Shown one piece after another: positions 1 to 13,200 of a stretch of 64,000 nucleotides of DNA. The DNA is from Octopus sinensis. Lineage: Eukaryota. Where the stretch lies: assembly GCF_006345805.1 (NCBI RefSeq), contig NW_021833885.1, positions 1-64,000 on the forward strand, given 5' to 3'. The notes beneath the pieces were generated by a model. The model made no database searches, was not told the origin of the DNA, and worked only from the letters and a program-made list of their open reading frames with translations. The position numbers were made by a program, and so were the translations under genes. Positions within the stretch are counted from its first letter, which is position 1, and each line of letters starts with the position of its first letter.

Positions 1-245
1 TCTTTCATTTATATTAGTATCTTTCAGATGAAATAAAAGCGTCACAAAACATATTAGTTTTAACCATAACTTATCTCAGACATTTGGATATTTTATTTCT
101 GATACCCGCTTTGTATCCATTGAGTATCAATGATATCTACCTGGCTCGCTACATGAAGCTAAAGTGAGGACTTAATAATCATGCTCTCAGCCTTACTATA
201 TCTCATGATATTTGTCTCAGCTCTGCTTTCATTTTATTCTTTTTT

Positions 246-626
246 AAGCACTCCGTCGGTTACGACGACGAGGGTTCCGGTTGATCCGAATCAACGGAAC
301 AGCCTGCTCGTGAAATTAACGTGTAAGTGGCTGAGCACTCCACAGACACGTGTACCTTTAACGTAGTTCTCGGGGATATTCAGCGTGACACAGAGAGTGA
401 CAAGGCCGGCCCCTTGAAATACAGGTACAACAGAAACAGGAAGTAAGAGTGAGAGAAAGTTGTGGTGAAAGAGTACAGCAGGGATCACCACCACCCCCTG
501 CCGGAGCCTCGTGGAGCTTTAGGTGTTTTCGCTCAATAAACACTCACAACGCCCGGTCTGGGAATCGAAACCGCGATCCTATGACCACGAGTCCGCTGCC
601 CTAACCACTGGGCCATTGCGCCTCCA
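246..626 (-). mobile_element. tRNA-derived SINE, family C (tRNA-Arg-like head), full length
   Basis: Minus strand begins TGGAGGCGCAATGGCCCAGTGGTTAGG (A-box) with GGTTTCGATTCC (B-box). Near-identical to copies at 27802 and 28910. 12-bp TSD CTTTCATTTTAT at 226-237 and 627-638. Confidence 0.92.
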
Positions 627-1130
627 CTTTCATTTTATATTCCCTCAGTGGCTCTCATAAAATCATTTACTCGCCGTGCATTTTTTGGTTCGTTAATTCC
701 ACTTTCTAATCTTGTAGCAGCTTTTGTCTTGGATTTGATTTAATTTGCCCTTGAGTCTCATTAAGACATTTTACTGCTATTCTTTGTCTAATTTCTTCTA
801 TTCTTCTTTCTCGTAGTTCATCAATAACATTTAACCCCCTATTTGCTGCTCTATGTCTCTTTCTTCATTAACAGCTGTCTCTAATCTTCTCATGTCTCTC
901 TCTTCTTTCTCTCTTTCATTCTCTCTGTTTTGCTGTCTTCTCATCTGAAGTTCGTAAAGTGTCTCTTTAGATAACCTGAGTCAATGATCTTAACATATTA
1001 AGCGCATTACCCTGCCGTTGTGTTAGCAATATGACTTGCTCTATAGTGCTTCAATTACTCGGGTCTTGTTGCACAGCGTCTGTCCACTTCTTCGGGATCT
1101 ACGTTCATCCTGCGTTCTATGGTCGGATAA

Positions 1131-1526
1131 TCTTTATATATAAAAGAGAGGTTGTGTGTCTGTCTCCTATGATTTAGATTCCTAACTACTCCCACATTTT
1201 GCGGTGCAGTTTAACCAAAAGCGGGTATGTTATAGTCGTGATTCATATCAAGCCCTTCTGGGTATTAGCGCGCGTCTACGATGAGTCTACGATTTAAAAA
1301 AAAATTACCATCATTTTTTCCCATTTTAATGCATTTTTTCGCTATTATATAAGGGAAGTAACTCTCTAAAAATGTCTACGATGAGTCAACGATTTAAAAA
1401 AAAATTACCATCATTTCTTTTCCATTTTTAATGCATTTTTTTGCTATTTTTTGGCTATAACTCTCTAAAGATGCTTATATAGTTATTTCCCTTACAAATC
1501 CGAGCAACACCGGGCGATACTGCTAG
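1131..1526 (+). mobile_element. Non-autonomous Helitron
   Basis: Starts TC after an A, ends CTAG before a T, with a subterminal CCG-AGCAACAC-CGG hairpin. Contains an internal ~100-bp tandem duplication. Second copy at 34034-34406. Confidence 0.85.
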
Positions 1527-1794
1527 TATATATATATATAAAATTCTTACTTTCGATATATCTTTCACACATTTTCTTTTCTCACTGTTTTTGATATTCT
1601 TTTTGTTTTTTGTCTGACACATTATTCTTTCCGACTCTCCCCTCTTTTACATACACACGCAAACACACAAATACACAAATAAACAAATATACACATGCAC
1701 TGTCCATCAAATACTGTTTTAAGTATTTTTCTCAATTTACAAACAATGCAAGCATTTACACGTCCTCTTTACGTCTCTCTCTCCCTCTCTCACT

Positions 1795-1799
1795 CAACC

Positions 1800-1854
<55 letters not shown>

Positions 1855-1905
1855 CTCTATATATCTATATATATATATATAGATATATATATATATATAT
1901 ATAAT
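1795..1905. repeat. (TCTA)n/(TA)n microsatellite
   Basis: Directly visible tandem repeats. Confidence 0.95.
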
Positions 1906-2058
1906 ATATTTCTGAATAATTCTGAGATTGAATCGGCAGTTTATATTTACTGCTGATAAGTTTGGCGCGAATACGTCAGTCTTGAAAATTTTAAGACTAT
2001 ATTCCGTAGGCATCGATACAGACGCCTCGTGTATATTTGGTCTCTCCCAGGTTTTTTA

Positions 2059-2137
2059 CTGATGAAGTGTAACCTATGGTAGATTGGCTTAATTTAATTT
2101 AATTAAGCTAATTAATCATTAATGACACAGAAACGTT
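2059..2137 (+). ncRNA. Degenerate hammerhead-like relic with long stem II
   Basis: CTGATGA-A-GTGT...ACAC-A-GAAAC-GTT, with an internal GCTTAATT/AATTAAGC hairpin. Stem I does not pair and there is an extra A before GAAA. Confidence 0.3.
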
Positions 2138-2519
2138 GCAACGTCTAAAAGATGAATTGGGGTAAATGTTTTTAAAATTTTTCACCTATTTCTGAATTAC
2201 TACTACTTGGCGGTGTGAGTTATGGCTGCTCTTCTGGTGGACGAATGACCTGTTAGGGTCACTCCTAATTGTTATATATATATATATATCTATATATATA
2301 TATATATATTATATATATATATATATATATCGCCCTTTTCCTTATTAAATATTATTTAACTCTTCAATTTCAAGAGAAATGGAAAAAATGTCACTTTCAA
2401 CATATCGTGTCTGTTTTTTTTTTTTCTTCTATTCACACTGTCTGTCTTTCCCTCTATAATCTTTTATTGTATTCAAACGTTACTGAGTCATAATTACTAT
2501 ATGAATACTCCTGGCGTAC

Positions 2520-2554
2520 ACACACAAGCACCATACACATATATATACGCATAT

Positions 2555-2625
<71 letters not shown>

Positions 2626-2885
2626 GCATATATATATATATAATATATATATATATACGCATATAAACATGTATATATTTACATATACATACACACGTAT
2701 GTATGTAAGTATGTATGTGTGCTTGTATGCGTGTGTTCGCGCATGCGTGGCGGGATGTATTTTGAAAAAAACAAGACACTCACGAGATATAATGAGGCAA
2801 AGGTTAAGTGATTCAACCGCTAGAACCTGAAGACGATACACACAACACACACAACACACACACACACACACACAGCCACACACAT

Positions 2886-2935
<50 letters not shown>
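2520..2935. repeat. Compound (TA)n/(CA)n/(TATG)n microsatellites
   Basis: Directly visible tandem repeats interrupted by short unique pieces. Confidence 0.9.
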
Positions 2936-2938
<3 letters not shown>

Positions 2939-3286
2939 TGTCTTGATATTTGATGTTTTCTCTGCTGGAAAAAGTCACGTTATAACAGGAATCGTAAATG
3001 GTGACAGAATGATTCAAAGTGTATTCTTTGCTTTTAATCTCAATTAGTAGGCTTTGATCTTTGTTGTCTACGATGAGCTGGCTCATAACCTGCTGTGATG
3101 AAGTTGAAGCAAAGGACATTTTCATGTCTTTATTTAGTTGTATGTAAAACGCCGTGTCGAGAAAAATACTAAGTGGTCATTTTTATATATGTATGTATAT
3201 TTATACACACACACACACACACAACACACACACACACACACACACATATATAAATACATATGTGTGTGTGTGTGTGTGTGTGCATA

Positions 3287-3775
3287 AGTAACTGGTATTT
3301 AATTTATCGACCCCGAAAGGATGAAAGGCAAAGTCGACCTCGGCGGAATTTGAACTCAGAACAAATAGACAGACGAAATACCTATTTCTTTACTACCCAC
3401 AAGGGGCTAAACACAGAGGAAACAAACAAGGACAGACAGACGGATTAAGTCGATTATATCGATCCCAGTGCGTAACTGGTACTTAATTTATCGACGCCGA
3501 AACGATGAAAGACAAAGTCAACCTCGGCGGAATTTGAACTCAGAACGTAACGGCAGACGAAATACGGCTACGCATTTCGCCCGGCGCGCTACTTAATGGT
3601 ATTTAGTCTGTCTTTACTTTCTGAGTTCAAATTCCGTTGAGGTCGACTTTGCCTTTCATCCTTTCGAGGTCGATAAATTAAGTACCATTTGCATACTGGA
3701 GTCGATCTAATCGACTGCCCCCCTCTCCTCCAAATTTTGGGCTTCTTGCCTAGAGTAGAAAAGATTATCTATTAT
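3287..3775. mobile_element. SINE family B cluster: minus-strand tandem pair (3287-3591) abutting a plus-strand copy (~3598-3775)
   Basis: Family B core GAGTTCAAATTCCGCCGAGGTCGACTTTGCCTTTCATCCTTTCGGGGTCGAT present in both orientations. Confidence 0.88.
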
Positions 3776-3804
3776 CTTCCTTTCAATAATAATAAAAATT
3801 GTTA

Positions 3805-4120
3805 AGGCGCGTGGCTTAATAGTTAAAGTATTTAGCTAACGATTGTGAGGTCGTGATTTCGAATCTCGGCAGCGCAGTGTACCTTGGACAAAACACTTGA
3901 TTTCTCGTTGCTCCGGACACTCAGTTAGAAAACATGAGTAGGACCTGCATTTCAATGGACCAGTTTTGTCACATTCTGAGTTACGCTGAATCTCCTTGAG
4001 AACTAAGTCAAGGTACGCGTGTCTGTGTAGTGCTCAGCCACTTGCACGTTAATTTCACGACCAGGCTGTTCCGTTGATCGGATCATCTGGAACCCTCGTC
4101 GTCGTAACTGACAGAGTGCT
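3805..4120 (+). mobile_element. Older tRNA-derived SINE with CORE-like centre and a 3' tail shared with family C
   Basis: tRNA-like head (GTGGCTTAATAGTT ... GATTTCGAATCTC), CCTTGGACAAAACACTT resembling the CORE start, and 3' end GGAACCCTCGTCGTCGTAACTGACAGAGTGCT matching family C. Confidence 0.75.
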
Positions 4121-4734
4121 ACTTATTGTTCTACAGATTGAGTTTCTGGGTACGAAAAAAAAAAGAAAAAAGAGAAAAGCGATTCAAAGAAGAAAAGGAA
4201 CAACCTGTTAAATATTCATTAGATGACAAAGAAATATTGAATTATATTAATATTTAATAAGCAGAAAAACTATTTTATCTCAGGAGAGAAAATAAAATAA
4301 AAAACAAGAAAAGTTTTTTTCTCATGGACAACCTTGAAGAAAAAACATACACAATACAAGGGTTTAGACACAGAACGGGGCACAATTGCACAGGTGCATT
4401 TTCTGCTTTAGACTGCAAAACGAGGATGTATTATTTTGTAAGCTTCTATTGTGAGTAACAAGCCTTAAATATGATTAGTAATTTCTAAGAATTATATAAC
4501 AATAACGAGGGAAAGACTGTTGAGAGGTGTAGAGAGGATATAAATATCGAGTGACTAAAAGTGCCTCAGGTAAAAAATTTAGCGGTCTTTAAAAAGAAAA
4601 AAAAATTAACGGCCTTTTTTAAAAAACTATCTTGCGGGTTCTTTTGAAAAAAATTAACGGACTTTATGTAGCTGAACAGTAAAAAGTATGTTCTTATATA
4701 TGCATACAGACACACACCTATATAAATACATGCA

Positions 4735-4772
<38 letters not shown>

Positions 4773-4913
4773 TATAAATACATGTAAACACACACACATA
4801 CATGTATGTATGTATACTGACCACCACCTATCATCGTCTGACACTGAAACCGACAAAACTTCGAAGTTACTCTCAATAGAATTATTACGTATCAGCCTGA
4901 TTGCGTGGGAGTA

Positions 4914-4949
<36 letters not shown>

Positions 4950-6225
4950 GGGGTTAATTTGCAGGGTCATTAAACCGTGTGATAGAATTTTTTGTGATAT
5001 TCATTGCAATTCTTTGTGCTCTGAATTCAAATCTGACGGTGAACTTTGCTTTTATCCTTTCCGAACGAAGTAAAAGACAAATAAATAAAAAAATTTTTTA
5101 AATTGGATTGGCGGAATTATCCTTCCGCAAATATTCGTTGACCTGTTGGCAAATAGTACACTTTGCTTTGTATATAAATACATTTCGTTTGCATTTAAAG
5201 CGTATGTTTATTAATATATTTTGTTTTATATAATAAATATCTCGATCATATTTGCCATGTATAAATATATTTGAAAATAGATTTCATCGTTAATAAATTC
5301 GTACTGAAATAACAATTTAAATTGTCAGAAAGTAAAATAAACTAATGTTTCCAAATGCAACGGAAAATATATACTTACACACTTCAAATATAAACGAAAC
5401 ATTTTATGGCAAAAGAAAAAAAATGTTCTGCGGTCGTAAATACTCTAATTTCATTTAGTTTCTTAAAATAAAAAGAAAATACCGACGTTTTACGTTAAAA
5501 AAATTACAGATTCAGAATCCGTAATGTTCCAAGTGTTTTTTAAAGGCAACATGAAAATGTTAGGGATGTTTAAATGTCCAATTTTTATTTTGCTTTCACA
5601 TTTTATGATCAGCTTTCAATCTTGAATGTTACACTTGTTTTATGCTCAAAACGTATCATGGAGTTGTAACCGTTAAAATGTTTCATTTCAGCCAAATCAG
5701 ACAGGGAATGATGTTGGCAATGCAGGCGTAATGTGAAATCAAGTTAAGGATATCCCCGAGGGTAATTTGAAATCGACTTCAAATTAACGAGAGGTAACTT
5801 GAAATGAGGTTGGGTTGAGAATAGCTTGAAATCATTACACCGGTATAGCAGCAATCCACTTACTAAACGAAAAAACAAGAGAATAAAAGAACACACGCAT
5901 GCATATATCGTAATGTAAGAGCTGTAAAATATACTTCTAATATATTTTACGTTGTGCAAACATTAGCTAATAAAGAACTTAATACGCTGAGTAGAGTCGA
6001 TAGGCATGGTTTTTTACGTAACAGCTGTGAACAGCCCAGCCCGGAGAAAACTCTGAGTCAGCAGTCAACATTTGCTATAACAAGGGCACACATTCACACA
6101 TACACAGTTCGAATGACAATAATTTTACTGCAACCACCAAAATATTACAATTGTTTGCATACAATAATGTTGCTGGAACAGGAATAATACTTCAATCTAT
6201 ACATTTATATGAATACATATATAAC

Positions 6226-6284
<59 letters not shown>

Positions 6285-6769
6285 TATATAATTCATATGT
6301 CAATATTTCTGCAGCACCGCCGAATATAATAGTTTGCTTGCAATAATATTACTGAAACATATAGAATCCTGAGAGCTCGTTCAAACTTATAAATTTTCTG
6401 GGTTTTTATTTTCATTTCTCTCTATAAGTGCCTCGTATTTACAATGTCGAGCTTTATTAACAATAGATTTTATAGGGTTAACGCATATAGTAGTGTTTCC
6501 CACATTGCTATAAAACTGCGTATATTCTATTTTCTGTCTATTTTCAAATCCTGTCGTTTCATACAGGAACAATAACACCAGTTGCAATGGCTTGCCATAT
6601 TTGTATTGAAGAGAACAACAGCCAATACGCAATAAAACTTGTTATTGTGTAGATGCATTTATGCATGCTTTTGTTGACGTAGCCTCAGCTCAGCTCTGAT
6701 CGAACAGACCAATGAGTAACATGAAGGTAACTGCCCGAACAGGTAGGGAAGACTCGCATATCTATTGTT

Positions 6770-7180
6770 TTTGGTGCAGGCATGGCTGTGTGGTTAAGGC
6801 GCTCAATGTGCAACCACGGAGTTTCGGGTTCAGTCCCACTAAGCGGTACCTTGTGTAAGTGGCGAGCTGGCAGAATCGTTAGCACGTCGGGCGAAATGCT
6901 CAGCAGTATTTTGTCTGTTCTGAGTTCAAAGTCCGCCGAGGTTGACTTTGCCTTTCATCCTTTCGGGGTCGATTAAATAAGTACCAGTTACGCACTGGGG
7001 TTGATATGATCGACTTAATCCGTTTGTCTGTCCTTGTTTGTCCCTTCTGTGTTTGGCCCCTTGTGAGTAGTAAAGAAATAGGTACCTTGTGTCAGTGTGT
7101 TTTCCTATATCCCTTGGGCCGACTAATGACTTGTGAATGAATTTAGTAGACGGGAACTGTTTGGAAGTCCGTCGTATATG
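6770..7180 (+). mobile_element. Diverged family A-like SINE interrupted by a family B insertion
   Basis: Head ATGGCTGTGTGGTTAAG...GGGTTCAGTCCC at 6782-6837. The body resumes at 7081. Confidence 0.75.
6857..7080 (+). mobile_element. SINE family B monomer
   Basis: 12-bp TSD GGTACCTTGTGT at 6845-6856 and 7081-7092 defines both ends. Confidence 0.9.
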
Positions 7181-7214
7181 CTGACACGAGCGCCTGCTCT
7201 TCCGCTTTTTGTGC

Positions 7215-8560
7215 AAGAGACGCGTTCCAGTGGTCAGGCGTTCCATTTGTTGTCACCACTTTGAGTGGAGGACTAGGTGTGCCGTGGCTGAAGATGCTCA
7301 AGGATACACTGAAGCTGCAGCTTCCCCAATGTTTCGTAGATAGTGAGCTTAGTATCGTCGCCGTTTGTCAGATTCGCTTTTTCACAGTTTGTCTTTTTGA
7401 CAGAAAAGCAGTCCAGAATCAAGCGTAGACCGAAGCAGGGTTACCTGGAACCTTCTGTGTCGTCACAGTAGGTTCCAGGAAAGAACAGCGACGCTTTCGG
7501 GATGACTTTGGGCGTCGACAAGAATCATCAAAGAAGCTAGTCTTTTCTGGAAAACTTCCGGGTTGAGGCCCATGTATAATTTCCAGAAATCTCGAGCCTC
7601 TCAGTGCTACCAAGGATTATCGCCAGTTTGAGATAAACTCTGCTGGTATTGAAATTCAGCCAGTCGGGTCTTCCCGAGATGCGCAGAGAGCGACGAAACT
7701 GTTCTGCACGCACTAGTATAGTGCCTAAATATTGCTGACTTGTGGAGTTATACCTGATCTCGCGCGTAGGACGAATCTAGCTATTAGCTGAGTCTCTTGT
7801 AAAGATCGTTCTGCCATCTTCCCACAGACGGAAAGAACAGGTAACCTTTATCTGTTTGGTGGTTTAAGCAAAAGAGGTTGTGCAGTGACCAAAACCTCAT
7901 CGTTTTTGTTGTGCGTTTTAAACTTTTATTTAGTTAGTTAGTTAAGTTAGTTAATTTTTGGCTCAAAAAGCAAAAAGCAAGGCCATGTAGGGGGACATGG
8001 AGTTATGTAAAGGGTGGTGTTCATGTAAAGAGTTCAGGCCACTTGAGGTCAAGGGAGACTTTGAACCGAGCGGTCGTCGGCATCTTCACTATCTCGTCCG
8101 GCAGCTTATTCCACGGATCCGCGACCCGAACGGAGAAAGCCCCTCTCTTTCAATTGAGATGAAATCGTCGCAGATAGAGCTTTTCGGAGTGACTCCGCAG
8201 CCGACGCTCTGGAGCAGGAGTGAAGAACAGCTCTTCCGAGAGGTTACACTTTCCACTTATGATGTTGTGAGCAAGAATGAGATCACCACGGCGTCGTCGT
8301 TTTTCTAGAGAATAAAGGTCGAGCATCTTCAGCCTTTCTTCATAAGACAAATGCTTGAGACCAAGAACCATGTGGGTAGCCAGCTTCTTTAAAAAAATAG
8401 TGAGGCTGGAGAGAGATGTGCTGCTTTCCAGCAAATTTGTTGAAAGGTGGATGAGAGTGGTAAAAATAATCCAAACAGACGGACCTCCTCTGGGAACGCA
8501 CCTGTAGATTGAGGTAGAAGGGTGACCGTGGTTTTGTGGCGTTTCCACAAGCAGTCTCCT
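7215..8560 (+). mobile_element. Tx1/L1-clade LINE ORF2 C-terminal remnant, split by a CR1 insertion
   Basis: Manual translation gives PRCAESDETVLHALV*CLNIADLW (CCHC-type zinc motif, ~7672-7745) and FFKKIVRLERDVLLSSKFVERW (~8385-8450). Many stops and frameshifts. Confidence 0.65.
7928..8383 (-). mobile_element. CR1-clade LINE 3' end (5'-truncated)
   Basis: LATHMVLGLKHLSYEERLKMLDLYSLEKRRRRGDLI...WNKLP is a typical CR1 ORF2 C-terminus, followed by a 3' UTR and an (AACT)n tail at 7931-7954. Confidence 0.85.
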
Positions 8561-8699
8561 ATCTTTTGAGAAATTCTCCTAGTTTGAACATTTTTGTTGT
8601 TATTTTCCCTGTTTACATGCCTTAATGTGACTCCAAGTCATATCATATTGTATTCTGTCGTCTTGCACTGTCTTCATTCTGTCTGTAAATCCTTAGTGA

Positions 8700-8772
8700 T
8701 TAATAAATAAATCATCATCATCATCATCATCATCATTATTATTATTATTATTATTACCATTATTATTATTAC

Positions 8773-8808
<36 letters not shown>

Positions 8809-8815
8809 CACCACC

Positions 8816-8846
<31 letters not shown>

Positions 8847-8847
8847 T

Positions 8848-8878
<31 letters not shown>
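8700..8878. repeat. Compound trinucleotide repeat (ATC/ATT/ACT/ACC)
   Basis: Directly visible. Confidence 0.95.
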
Positions 8879-9454
8879 GAGGCAACGACATGACGCAATC
8901 GTCAGCGTGCCGAGTGAAAAACGCTTAGCGTCATTTCTTCCGGTTCGTTACGCTCTGTGTTCAAATTGCCGCCAAGGTCGACCTTGCCTCTCATTATCCT
9001 TTCAAGATCGGTAAAACAAGAACTAGTTGAGCACTGGAGGTCGATACAAATGACTAAGCCACTACCTCCAAAACTGCTGGTCTTGTGCCAAAATTTGAAA
9101 CCATTAATATTGTTTATTTATTTAAGTATTTTATTTATTTGCCGTTTCTACATTCTACGCGCTGATTAAAGGTGATTTAGTCGATGCAAGCATACAATGA
9201 GTACTTATACGAACGGCACCATGTGGGATAAAAGTTAATGTCCAGTTAGTCCGAAATGTTAATATTCCCATATATCTTAGTTTTAACCACTGACGCTATT
9301 TTTGTTTTACTCTATACGGCGGTATCGTAATACAAATATTTGTCTTCTAATACATGAATACAATGAACACTTTATCTTTCTGCTTGGACTGTTATCATAT
9401 ATCCAATAAATCTCTCGCTTCCTCTCCACCTCTCTTTTCTCTCTCTCTCTCAGT

Positions 9455-9505
<51 letters not shown>

Positions 9506-10231
9506 GTGTGTGTGTACACACACAAACACACATACACATATATATGATACAGACAGTTGTTGCACATGCAAATCTATTTATACACGCAGCATACCCGCAT
9601 ATACATGCACATACTCAATTCAAAAAGCGAGAGTAAGGGAGACATTGTGTATAAAAGCGATCAACAGAGTTAAGGAAGGCGTCAATCAAACAAACCCATG
9701 CACAACCCGTTGGTTGAAGCCTGGTTGCGGTAGTGGGGAATGGGAGAGTAGTAGATCCATGGGCCTTTTAACGTCATATTCGTGTTTAAACATGATACGA
9801 ACGAAGCCTACGAAGCTACTAATATAAACTCAAGCGGCAACATTACGCTAGCTAACATTCTCACCCGCTCATGTAATTCGTTTTATCTCCTATCAAGCTA
9901 CGTTTATATATTTTATCATTTTCCCCATTTCTCTCACAGTTTCTGTCAGGTTCTCTTTAATGTGCATTTATCTTTTAGCTCCAAGCCTGCTTCTAAGCAA
10001 TCTAATTCGAAGAGCTACGCCTTAGGAAAGGTCAACATGACAATGATGTTTGCAATATGCAGCGCCTCAAAACGATGGCGAATTTCATCATTTTTACCAT
10101 TTCACCTTAACACTTTTAACATATAATACAGTAACCTTGAACATCTATTATCTCGTTCTTGAGAAGGGCATGGCTATCTCAACATCTCCACATCACCTTT
10201 CTAAATACCAATTTACTTATTTGATGCATCC

Positions 10232-10900
10232 AAGGTGGCGAGCTGACAGAAACGTTAGTACGCCGGGCGAGATGCTTAGCGGTATTTCGTCTGTCGTTAC
10301 GTTGTGAGTTCAAATTACGCCGAGGTCGACTTTGCCTTTCATCGTTTCGGGGTCGGTTAAATAAGTACCAGTTACTTACTGGGGTCGATATAATCGACTT
10401 AATCCCTTTGTCTGTCCTTGTTTGTCCCCTCTGTGTTTAGCCCCTTGTGGGTAGTAACGAAATAAGAATCGTTAGTACGCCAGGCATTTTGCTTATGCTT
10501 AGCGGTATTTCGTCTGTCTTTATGTTCTGAGTTCAAATTCCGCCGAAGTCGACTTTGCCTTTCATCCTTTTGGGGTCGATAAAATAAGTACCAGTTGATC
10601 ACTGGTGTTGATGTAATCGAATTAACCAATACCACCCCTCCATGAAACCAGTATTTGTTGCATCCAAGATTGTGATGCATCAAGGTGGTGACTGGTTCGT
10701 TAGTATTTCGGGCAAAATGCTTTGCAACATTTTGTCTGTCTTTACGCTCTGAGTTCAAATTCCGCAGAGGTCGACTTTGCCTTTCATCCTTTTGGGGGTT
10801 GATTAAATAAGTACCAGTTGAGTGCTAGAGTCGATGTAATCAACTTGTCTCCTCCCCAACATTTCTGACCTTATAACCAAAACTTGAAACCAATATTCGT
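10232..10900 (+). mobile_element. SINE family B head-to-tail multimer
   Basis: Three successive B cores (~10305, ~10530, ~10750). Confidence 0.85.
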
Positions 10901-10944
10901 TGCATCCCTGACTGTATAACAGTTTATATGTCATGTCATGCTAC

Positions 10945-11195
10945 AAGAGCAGAGATTGAAGTTTGCTGGCCGCTGCTGGAGAAGTAAAGAAGAAATTGTA
11001 AGTAATGTGTTACTGTGAACACAAAATCATGGTACCATAGCGGCTGAAAGACCACGGAAGACGTATACACAACAGCTTGCAGAAGACATTGGATGCCAAG
11101 TTGAAGACCTAAAAACACTAATGGAAGATTAGGAGGGATGAAAAGAGGTAGCCAGGCTGGCCCGGGCAATCAGCCTGACTGGATGATGCTGTGAT
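10945..11195 (+). mobile_element. RTE-like LINE 3' end remnant
   Basis: Translates QRLKFAGRCWRSKEEIVSNVLL*...RPRKTYTQQLAEDIGC...LMED, matching the recalled RTE-type C-terminus (RRLRFAGHxxR...GRPxKT). Ends in a GAT-like tail. Confidence 0.7.
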
Positions 11196-12060
11196 ATTTA
11201 AAAAAAATTATAAACTATGGATATTTCAGTGTAAATATTTGTTCCTAACAAAACACAAGGCCTGAAATTTGACCGCGAGCTTAGGGAATTTTAGTGCCCT
11301 CTCCCCAGTACATGACTGGTACTGCATTTTATTGATCCTGCGATACGACAAGGTATTTTATTGGCGATCTACTGATTCGACCATCCCGTTAATTAGATTT
11401 CTTATACTGGTACAAGGCTAAGGATTTTATGGGGATGAAGTAGTTGATTACACGAGACTCATTACTGACTGGTTCGTTATTGACTGGAACTTATTTTATT
11501 GACCTTGAGGAAATGAAAGGCAAAAATTAACCTCAATACGATTTGAACTCAGAGTTTATAAGGACCGTAATTAAATATACTATGATTCTGGTAATGAACA
11601 TTCCTCTAATTCGGTTACTCTATAACAGAAATTATAATGACGATTTCGAAAACTAGCACGAGACTACAAATATTGGCAGGTGAGGGTGTAATTGATAAAA
11701 CCGAACTTCACTGTTTGATTCGCACTTTAATTTATCGATTCTGGAAAGATAATCAGTGAAATTCCCCTAAGCGTTAATTAAACTCATAACGTAACATAGA
11801 CGTGAAAAGATGTTTATCTTACTTTGGGCTTCCAACTCCTGATGAAATCGTTCGGACGCTGTCGTAACAAGTGATGTGCCTCAGGCATTTTTAGACCTGG
11901 TGATATCTTATATGTTATATCGTGTTTTAACAACATAGATAACGAGATAAATACGAAGTAACTTCACGTGTTGTTAATTATTCAGGTGTCCTCTAGTGGA
12001 ATAGGGAGTCTCACTGATCATTTCATTAAAATATGATTGGTTAAATAAAGGGGGGGGGAG

Positions 12061-12357
12061 AAGCACTCCGTCGGTTACGACGATGAGGGTTCCGGTTGAT
12101 CCGAATCAACGGAACAGTCTGCTCGTGAAATTAACGTGTAAGTGGCTGAGCACTCCACAGACACGTGTACCCTTAACGTAGTTCTCGGGGATATTCAGCA
12201 TGACACAGAGAGTGACAAGGCCGGCCCTTTGAAATACAGGTACAACAGAAACAGGAAGTAAGAGTGAGAGAAAGTTGTGGTGAAAGAGTACAGCAGGGAT
12301 CACCACAATCCCCTGCCGGAGCCTCGTGGAGCTTTAGGTATTTTCGCTCAATAAACA
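12061..12357 (-). mobile_element. SINE family C, 5'-truncated
   Basis: Matches the 246-626 copy but lacks the tRNA head. 11-bp TSD GGTTAAATAAA at 12039-12049 and 12358-12368. Confidence 0.9.
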
Positions 12358-12486
12358 GGTTAAATAAAAGAGTAAGTAACAAATAATAATTCTGAATCTA
12401 CCAAATCAATTTTACTGTTAAGAAAACAATAGCGCTGCTAATAGGTACAACACCCGAGATTTTCGGAGTGGGGTTGGGTATGGGTG

Positions 12487-13200
12487 GCTAGTCGATTGCA
12501 TCGACATCAGTGCTCAAATGGTACTTATTTTACCGATTCCAAAAAAAAAAAATGAAAGGCAATGTCGACCTCGGTGGCATTTGAACTCAAAACGAAATGC
12601 CGCTAAGCATTATATCAGGCGTGCTAGCGAGTCTACCAGCTCGCCGCTTAAGCAACACTTCTCATAATTGATTGATGATAAGGAGGTGAGCTGGCAAAAT
12701 AGCTACTGTGTCGGCCAAAATGCTTAGCAGCATTTCGTCCGTTTTTACGTTCTAAGTTCAAATTCCGCCGAAGTCGACTTTGCCTTTCATCTAAAGTAAG
12801 TACCTATTTATTTATTACCCACAAGGGGCTAAACATAGAGGAGACAAACAAGGACAGACATAGGTATTAAGTCGATTACATCGACCCCAGTGCGGAACTG
12901 GTAATTAATTTATCGACCCCAGTGCGGAACTGGTAATTAATTTATCGACCCAGTGCGGAACTGGTACATAATTTATCGACCCCGAAAGGATGAAAGGCAA
13001 AGTCGACCTCGGCGGAATTTGAACTCTCAACGTAACGACAGACGAAATACCGCTAAGCATTTCATCCGGCGTGCTAACGTTTCTGCCAGCTCGCCGCCTT
13101 CGATCTGAAGTAAGTACCAGTTGAACATTGGGCCGATATAATCGACTTACACCCTTACCCGAACTTGCTGGGCTTGTACCGAAATTTGAACCAATATTAA
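12487..13200. mobile_element. SINE family B cluster in mixed orientations, with an internal 33-bp triplication at ~12887-12985
   Basis: B segments on minus (12487-12650), plus (12680-12791) and minus (12800-13098). Confidence 0.8.

Noticed and set aside
2950-3047. Plus-strand DVFSAGKS resembling a P-loop
   Set aside because: The first Gly of Walker A is absent, the frame closes after ~30 codons, and there is no supporting context.
5730-5840. Four TTGAAAT motifs and an 8-bp palindrome
   Set aside because: Spacing is irregular and such motifs are expected by chance in AT-rich DNA.
6567-6652. Acceptor followed by MACHICIEE (RING-like start)
   Set aside because: The frame stops after ~28 codons, there is no good donor, and the remaining Cys/His ligands are missing.
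12887-12985. Three ~33-bp direct repeats resembling a CRISPR array
   Set aside because: No spacers, eukaryotic context, and the unit is an internal segment of SINE B that was tandemly triplicated.
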